Assembly: GCA_029261035.1 (NCBI GenBank)
Contig: JAJDCD010000004.1
Location: forward strand, 4,765 to 68,764
DNA from: Candidatus Omnitrophota bacterium
GTDB taxonomy: Bacteria > Omnitrophota > Omnitrophia > Omnitrophales > JACROU01
Reading direction: 5' to 3'
Length of the DNA: 64,000 nucleotides
The notes beneath the pieces were generated by a model that worked only from the letters and a program-made list of their open reading frames with translations, had not been told where the DNA came from and made no database searches. A program made the translations under genes and the position numbers. Each line of letters starts with the position of its first letter. Position 1 is the stretch's first letter. Below are positions 52,780-62,100 of this stretch, one piece after another.

Positions 52780-52820
52780 TTAAGAAGCACTCCAAGTACT
52801 ACACTTGGAGTGCTTCTTAA
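52780..52820. terminator. Bidirectional terminator-like hairpin between convergent genes
   Basis: Perfect 18-bp inverted repeat ttaagaagcactccaagt / acttggagtgcttcttaa. Confidence 0.75.
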
Positions 52821-52884
52821 CCCCTTAGCAACGTTACCTGATATTAAATGTTAACAAACCAACACAAAGACCTTATGAGGAAAA

Positions 52885-53199
52885 TTATTTAGATTTTCTG
52901 AAATATGTAACTACGTCAAGGATGAATCCAAGAAAAAAACCGCTAATGCTATAAATCAAAATTGTAACTATACAGCTAACCCAAAAAAACATGCGTGGGG
53001 AAAGAAACTCATAAAAGCCCATCAACTTTGACAATTCAAACCCCAAAGACCAATGCACATATGTAAATGGAAAAGCAAAAATTAGATACGGTGCTGCAGA
53101 ATGAGGACTATAGACAGAAATCAATTGATGTATAATGAAAAAAAACAAAACAAACAGTGTAAAAACAATAGTCGATAAAAATGAAAGTTTGAACTTCAC
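52885..53199 (-). CDS. Small 3-TM protein, putative immunity protein
   Basis: GTG start overlaps the TAG of the giant upstream gene (TAGTG) with a GGAGG RBS; three hydrophobic segments. Confidence 0.6.
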   Translation of the reverse strand: MKFKLSFLSTIVFTLFVLFFFIIHQLISVYSPHSAAPYLIFAFPFTYVHWSLGFELSKLMGFYEFLSPRMFFWVSCIVTILIYSISGFFLGFILDVVTYFRKSK

Positions 53200-56100
53200 T
53201 AAGCATCCCCTCCAGCAAAACGAACCTCAATCTGATGACCAATAATGTTATTAACTGAATTATTAGGATAGTCATCAATATGGAAAAATAAAGCGTTATC
53301 AAGTATGTTATGAAAATGAGGGCCTGTCCCAATTCTTACTTGGCTAACTTGACTACTAAATTCTTTTAAACCATTCATTAAATATCCTGTTTCTTGTACA
53401 TCAAGAGCAATGCCCTCAATTGATCTCATCACAATATCCTGTCCATTTAAATCAGTAAATGGTCGATGGTCCCCTCCTAACATAAGGCTATTCCTGTCAC
53501 GACTATTTGTAATGCCTTCTTTATGTATCATATGCTCTAAAAGTCCACTTGTGTTTCCTGAATACAAATAAAATTTGCTATTCGGATATTTTTCTAGCAC
53601 TCTGACAAACTCTTCACGATTTCTAGGGGTATTAATTATACTCCAATTGTCTTCACCAACAGTATCTCTAATTTGATTTTGCATTTCTACATTACTAACA
53701 TCTAAGTACTGTTCTACAGTATAAATTTCTGGGTGCATTTCTGGAGAAGAAACATCAAAATTTTCTAATTCCAAAACATTAAACATTACTTCTTCTGGTG
53801 TCCAAAAATCATGTTTTTTTCTGCCAACAATGGAATCATAAGCACTTTCATCTAATTGATTATAAATTACTGGTAGCATTTGATTAAAAACAGGCTCTAC
53901 TACTCCAATTACACCAGGTGAATTTAAAATTTGCGTCGATACTCCATGATTCAAAGCATTGAGTATAGTTGTAATGTTTTCTACTGTAGTCCCTGACCAG
54001 TTTCCTGACTCAATTTCTAATCCAATAGTTTTATCTAATAAATAAATCTTCCCATCTTTTATTTCACTACCCCCGCCAACCCCAACAACGCCTGAGTTTA
54101 AAGGTTCTATGGTGAGAAAATTATATCCTTGGTCACCTTGAACTTGAATCTGAGACAGTTCATTATTTTGGTAACTATAGTTTAGAGTTGTTCCCTCTGA
54201 AATTTGTTCAGCAAAAGCAACATTGCCTATTGAAAAAAGTCCTGTTGATGTTCTTTTGACGTTTTCATAAATTTCTGTGGAAATTTTACCCTTAATGTTT
54301 TTGGTAATAGTTATGTTATTACTTCCTAACACACTCTCAACATTAATGGTATCTCCCGAATTATTTGAATATATTGTCGTTACAAAACCATTTTGATCCG
54401 TCAAACTTCCTATTTTCTGCCAGCCGGATGCTCCAGTGAAGGAGTTAGCTTCATGCAACACTTCTTGAGTTTCTCGACTAAAAAGCCCTCCGAAAAATTC
54501 TACTGTTTTATCAAACCCCTTTTGAAGGACTTCTACTCCAAAAGAAATAGCATTTTGTGCTCCGTTTATTACTTTTGAAGCTAATGTTTGTGCTGTGTTG
54601 GTTATTCTTTGAAATAAACTACTTCCTAATTGATTTGCATCCGTTTGATCCGCATTTGGAATAGACGCATTATTTACTAGGAGTTGTCCTAGCAATCCTG
54701 AAACAAGTCCACCTACTTCTAAAGGCGCTCCTGCTCTGTTAAGGCCGATGTTGGCTCCTACTGAAACGAGCCCTGCAGCTGTTTGGGTATTAAATAGAGC
54801 ATCTTTAATACTGCTAAATAATCCTGCACTAGGATTTGCAATGCCTTGAATACCTCCGCTGATGGTTACTCGTATCGGTATGGAGAGTAATGATGTCAGT
54901 TCTGAACTAGCACCTAAAGCATCCAATCCTGTGATGGCTATGTCACCAAGAATATTCTTAGCGGTTCCACTTTGTAAGAAATCAAGACTACCGCTGAGAT
55001 CAAACCCACCGAGTCCAAAACCTGAAAACAAACTAGCTCCACTCGAAATTAAACTAATGGCTGTTGGGTTCAGGTCGGTATGTCTAGAAAGAATCCCATT
55101 AACCCCGTTCCCTACTAAAGCTAGACTTGCTCCTGCTGAAAAGGGTGCAGCAACAATACCACCGACGATTTTAATACTGTCAAAGACCGTTCGAAATACT
55201 TTTGTGTTTAATACATTATCATATAGTGTATCGGCAACTTTCTTGGCACCTCTTATAACTTTATGTCCTATTTTACCAAGAAATGGGATTACCTTACCAA
55301 TACCACTGGCTATTTTATCTAATCCATTAAAGAAGTTGTCTTTAAAAATGCCAACAGCTGAGATTAAATCCAAGCTGGCTATAGAGCTTATAAGATTGAC
55401 TGTGCTATTAAATGCCTGCTTAAAACTACCTGTCGAAATTAAACTAAAAGCAAAATTAGCCAATGCTGATATGGCTCCAAATACGAGACCCGCAAGAACA
55501 ATGGCTGTGATTCCGAAAAAAGCGCCTCTTATTTGAGTTTGTTCAATTTCTGTCAGCTCACGAATTTCATTGTTTTGATTTTCTGATGGTGGTGCTCGAG
55601 TGCTTAAAACAACTCCTTCCCAATCCGTTAAAAACTCATCTTTGGTCAATGTGACTATTTCCAAATTATCTTCTGGGCCGTGACCTGGGTTTCTATAAAC
55701 GATACCCTCTTCCGTTACTTGAGTGAGTTCGATGTAATGATTTCCATCAATATGTGCAATAACACTCATTTCACAATCAGGACCTTGTTCTGAACAAGCT
55801 TCTTGATACATAGCTCTCAGAGATTCATAATTAAGATTTAAGGCATGTACACCCTCACCTCTATCCTCTCCCTCTGAAGAGGGAGAGGAAGATAAAACTC
55901 TTTCCGCATAGCGTTTCATGGAGAAAAGGCTGATAACTAAATCACCTTCTTCTAATGGCGTTAGTATTCCTTTTAAGATGTCCATCACGATTAAATCCCT
56001 AGCTAAGGTAACTCGATCTGGAGATTGCCACGCACCATTGTCATTGCTCGCAATGACAGAATCTTCCAATAAAGCTTCTAAAGCAAGAAAGGCAGATTGT

Positions 56101-59100
56101 CCAAAGTGAAGGTCTTGATTATCCAAATATTCTAAAATAGATTCTGCTTCACCTTCTGTTAAAGAAAGGGCTTCCTCTGAAGTTAAATTTAAATCTGAAA
56201 GTATATTCTCTTTATCACCCTCGGTTCCATTCAGATACGTTTCTATCAAAGTTCTAACAGAGTCTTTAATGGAGTTTACTTCTAACGTACGGTCTGCTCT
56301 TTCTGTTGAATTAAGCAGTATCGTTGCTAAGGTGCCAGGCACCTCACTTTTAGTGAGAGAGCCAGGCACTTGAGATATCCAATAATTAATTTCATCTTGA
56401 GAGGGATCTCGACCCAATTGAGTTCTGAATTGATGTAAGATAATGGGTGTTAATTCTTGTAATAAGATCTCGTGTTCGATCTGCTCTTTATCTTGCAAGA
56501 CTTGAAGATTTGCAGTATCTACTTCTAATTGAATGTCATCATAAGCCGTGGCTACATTTTGATCCAAATCACGTAAAGCCTGACTTCTCGTTTCAGCAAG
56601 GTCAAAAATCATTTGTTCGACAGTCGCTACCTGCGAATCGATACTCCCCAGAACATCTGCAATTTGGCTTTTAACCTCTTTGCCTGCTCTTTTTGGAATT
56701 TCTATAGATGAGACCTCGTTTCTTTGACCTAAAAGTCTATCGCGTTCTCTAATTAAACGTTCTAAATTAGCTTCATAACTACCTTCAATCGTCTCATGTA
56801 CGATAAACTCCCTTTCTGCAACGACTGCCAAAGCTTCTGCTCTCTTAATTTCAATATCGGTGTTAATTAAAGAAATTTCTCGTTCCAGAGCTGCCCTTGT
56901 TTGAACCATCGTGATTTTTGCTGGGTTACCTTCACTGTCGTACTCGTACTGTATTTGAGTATTGCCTTCACCATCTACAACTTCTTCCAACAAACCATTA
57001 TCGTCATAAAGAGAAACGGTATTATCTGCTTTCCATTCGGTAATAGGTTCTCCTTCTAAGGTGAACTCCCCTAAAACAGAGGTTTCTGGATCTAGTTGAT
57101 ACTCTAATTGTTTTGATTGAATCAATTGATAGGCATTCACCGCCTCTTGATAATGAAAGTCCAACGCGTCTACGGCACTTTTAGAATTAAAGTCTTTCGT
57201 TAAACCTGTCGTCGATCGGAGTTGTTTTGGAACTCCATTTTCATATTCAATCTCAATTCCATCAGGGTAGACAATCAATGCTTTTTGATTACCCTCTATT
57301 TCCTCCCAAAATATTTGAGAGTCATCCTCTAAAATAAGCTGCGTAAGAACCCCTTCTTCATATGAAGCTTTAGGTGCATTGGGATTAATCGCTTTCTCGA
57401 TCAATTTAACGCGATGAATCTTTTCTTTGGATGTATCTTGAACAATCTCGACTTGATGTTCCTCAAAACCTTCTGCATTCAGGGATACGGTATCAATCAC
57501 TTTGTCGGGATAAACGTACTCATGCTGATATCTCAACCCATTAGGCAATGTATGAAATAAAAGAGCACCTTCTTCACTGTACTCTTCGCGGATGCCATTA
57601 CTTTGAATCACAACTTCTCTATCTTCAACTCGTTCATGCTGAAAAACCTGTTTAACACTTCCTTTATATTGCAACGAAGAAGACGTTAATTTTCCATGTT
57701 CATCATATTGATAAACGGTTTCTATTCCATTGGGTTTTACCGTACTCATCAGCAAGGAATCTAAATACCGTTCTTTTATTCCTGTTTCTGGATCCTCAAT
57801 CACTGTGATTTCCCTGCCTAAAGCATCAAATTCATAACTGTAGTTTAAACTAGGCTTGTTTTCTCTAGAAACCTCTCGAATTCTTCCATAAGCATATTCC
57901 ACTAACGCATCTGGGGTTTCATTAAAGTGGTTAAAATTAGCCCCTTCGCTTAGGTTTCCACTTTCATCATAAGACAGTTCCAAGATAGAACCATCTTGAT
58001 GTCTAATTTGTGTGATATTACCATTGCTAATTTCCGCAACCCTTCCATCTGCCGTTTCCACCTGTGTCGCTTTTCCTTCGTCAGAATATCGAAGCACTGT
58101 TCTTGCTTTTAATATTTCGCTTTCATGTACTAAAGACAGATCCTTTTGAACAATCAATTCATCACGATCATTTACAGATTGAGGAATAAGACTTAAATTA
58201 ACTGATTGTGTTATGGATGGGATTTGGTTCTGAGTAATAAATAGGTCGGTCATCCAATCACTAGCACTTACTTTTCTTTGATTGACCCATGTAATATTAT
58301 CAACCAAGATTTCGTTATTCGAAGAGTTTAGAGAATTAACTGTAACAGTGTCTGAAACCGTAACAGAATCTAATGGAAGGTAGAAATCTTTCCATTCGTT
58401 TCCTACATTATTGAGAGTGAATTCAGCATCGCCAACCGTAACGATAACGGTCTCTAACTCACTCGACATTAGATCTTCTTGTTTTAAACTAACGTGAAGA
58501 TACTCATAATCTTCTCCATTCCCTTCACTACGCGCAATTAAAGAATCCATATGCATTGCTCTAAGCGGTTCAAAACCATTTCCATTATTAAACTGAACTA
58601 ACCATTCTTCATTTCCTGGTTGATAAATAATACGATCGACTAAGCTATCTCCATTAATATCAATCAGTTCATTTTGAATCAGAGGAATACCGTTATTGGT
58701 ACTTAACGTAGAGTGCCAAAGCTCGTTGTCTGCACGGATTCCTATTGTCTCTGATCCGTAATTTTCAACCCCTTGCCACTGAACAGCTTCATTAAAGCCG
58801 CTGCCATTATTCAGCTCGACCCACCAAAAAGTAGGGCTGTTTTCTGAAGATACTGTTTGATCCACAGTAATACGATCGATCAGGCCATCTCCATTGATAT
58901 CCATAGACTCAACCCAAACCTGCCTATTGTTTTCTACATATCGAATGCTTGAAGCAACATCAATCTCAGCAACCCCATCAAGTAAACGAACATCATCATC
59001 CCAGAGAATCGAATCATCAAAGCCTTCTCCATTATTTATCTGCACATACCATTCCATACCTAATGTAGGGTCAGAAACATCGTTCCATTGGTTAAATACA

Positions 59101-62100
59101 CGATCTGTTCTGCCATCTCCGTTCATATCTTGAAGCGTACTTAACAAAGCTGCTTTCTGTTCCGTTGTAACGGATAAAGATCCATCTAAATCATGTTCTT
59201 GATAATAAAATTCATTAACAACGTTATCCCAGACAACGGGAAAATCAAAACCACTTCCATTGTTAAATTGAACTAACCAATAATCATAAGGTTCCCTTGG
59301 TGCTATCAACACCCTGTCTGCCAGACCATCACCATTCATATCCACCATATCCGCCATCAATTCTTGAACTTCTTTGTTCTGCTCATCATTACGCACTTCA
59401 GATGCATAAAAAGCCTGAAAGCTCCAAATTCGAGCCAAAGGAAACGCCCCTTCCCACAATTGAGGGTCTTCAAAGCCTTGCCCATTATTGAACTGAACAA
59501 CCCAATCTTCTTGACCGTAGTATCCCATCATCACACGATCTGGTAGGCCATCCCCATTGATATCCATAAATTCAGATAAACGATGAGGGTGACGACCTTC
59601 AAAACTAGATAAAGCGCCAAAGGCTAAACGGTCGCCATACTGTGAGAAAAATCCTGTTAAATCTGTTTGAACATTACCCCACTGGATTAAATCATCAAAC
59701 CCTTGACCATTATTCAGCTGAACATCATAACGATCCGGTTGTTCTGGATCAAAAAAGATTCGGTCAGGCAAACCATCTCCATTGATATCCATAAAATCAC
59801 TGTGAATCGCCGGCAAACTATCCCAAGCCGTTAAACTTTCCATTCTGCGAATAAACCCATCTTGCCTATCTGTTTCCACAACATTGTTCCATACAGGCCG
59901 GTAATTTGAATTAAAACGATACACTTCCCCACGTTCTTCATCTTGAACAGTCAAATCTAATTGAATTGCACTCTGTGTATCAAACTGAACTTGAGTTTGT
60001 CTTTTCTGCGACAAATCATTAATTAAAGGTTCCGAAAGAATAATTTGCCTTTCTCTTTCTCTATCAGGATTTAACAAGAATAAGGCCATAGAGGCTCTGT
60101 GTATCTCTCCACTTTCATCATACTCAACTTCAATTCCATGTTCAGAATAAATGAGTTGAATTAAACCAAATTCTGTTTCAATAGAATCAATACGGTCTTC
60201 TCCATAAACAATACGATCTCCATTGCTGAGTACTGTTTGTTGAATCACTCCATTTTCTATAGATACTTGAGCTCCATCGATACGAATTAATTCTCCAGAA
60301 ACAAGGTTTCCAGATGAATCAAAGACAGGATTTTCTATCCTTCCAAAGTGAGACTTCACAGATTGAATGACACCATTTTCAATAAACGCCACTAGATTAT
60401 GGTTTCGGACGGACTGAAGCACCATTTGATTGTCTTCGGCAATACCATAGCTCATTACTTTATTTTCATTTTCAAGTCTAAAAGCTATAATTTCATTTTG
60501 AGTATTTCTTTGATATTTAAATTCAAATATTTGATTCTCTGGCGTTATGAGTTGAAATGCTAAACCTTCTTCATAATCAATCCGGGTTCCATCATCCAAC
60601 ACTCTGTATTTAAGAACCCCCTCTTCGTAGAACTTCTCTTCGCCATCCTGCAAAGTTTCCTTCGCAAATCCCAATCTCCCATCTGAACCAACTTGCAATT
60701 CCGTAAACAATGAAAGGTCCTGATTCTGAATCTGACTTAAGACTCCTTGGTTAAAAAGAGCCTGAGTTCCATCTTGAAAATTGAGCTCTTTCAGATAAGA
60801 AACAAAACCCTGATTCTCTGATTGAGTTTCATAAACCTCTCCACTCACCGTTTCTATCTTCGTTAAGACTCCACCCTCAAAGGTTCTTATAGTCCCATCG
60901 GGGCTTGTTATCACACCATCTGTAATTTCAAAGGTACTACTATCTTGTATCAGGTTTTCTATCACTGTTCCGTCTGGAAGAAAAACGCGACTAACTTCAT
61001 CGCCATCAATCTCCAAAGTACCAGAGAAACTTTCTATCGCAGACAAACTACCCTTTTCATTGTATTTAAACTGAGTTCCATTTTGGTTTAGAATCAATCC
61101 GGACAAAAGCCCTTGGTTTTCTAAATAAGACAATGTTGTTCTATTCCCATTAGAGTCCACAATATCGTTAGGCAAACCTTCAGAAAACTGGACTTCACTC
61201 CCATCCCATAATTTAACTTTGGCGAGCTGTCCTGATAAATGATAAAACGTTTCTACTGGTGTTTTATCAAGTGGAGCATCTGATTGTTGTAAATTCAGCT
61301 CTGACTTTATGAATATTTCGCCATCCTCGACGACCTGCTCTTGAGTATAAACAAACTGTTTTCCTTCTTCCGTTTGCAGATGCGTTAAAATACCCGAAGA
61401 AAGTTCTGAATAAGCTCCATTAGAATTATCAATTCGCTCCAAAACACCAGCGTCGTCATAAAGCAAAATACTTCCATCCGGTTGTTCAACTTTTACTTCC
61501 TTCAAACTTTCATCTCCATTTAAAATATAAAAGTAATGGCTCACTTCAGAGTTTTGAATATCTCTTACAGGTTTCTGACTCAGAGAAAAGTCCCTAATAT
61601 TCCCTTGAGGATCCAAAGTCCTAAGAATAACTCCGTAACGAATAAAATCAACCCTTCCATTCGCATAAAAAATATTGGCTGTCTCCACATTCCCTTCACC
61701 ATCCAAAACAACATCTTGCAACTCCATTCCATCTTCTGTTCTAAAACCAATAAGATCTCCTGATTGGTAAAGAGCTTCTAATCCATTTTCCAATGTAACC
61801 ACAAGAGATTCTGAAAGATTTTTCTTGAGAATTTCAAAAGATAATACTTCGTTCACACTTCCATCTGAGTTTTTTATCTGAATATCATAAGGCTCTGACG
61901 GACTATAGAAAATTTCTACTCCAGTCATAGGGTCTTGAATGCTTAAAAGGTGATTTTCCGCGTCATAAACGGATAATTGTTCCTGAAAGAAAGGATGGTA
62001 AGAAATAAGAAAAGTTTTTATCGAAACATTTCCTGCCGCATCTCTAGATTCACGAACAATCTGATTTTCCCCACTAGAAAGCTGAAGAGTTTCCTCAATA

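Noticed and set aside
54862-55536. 224-aa plus-strand ORF and other short antisense ORFs (e.g. 26766-27221, 50692-51171, 6881-7322)
   Set aside because: Shadow frames of well-supported minus-strand genes with no recognisable motifs.
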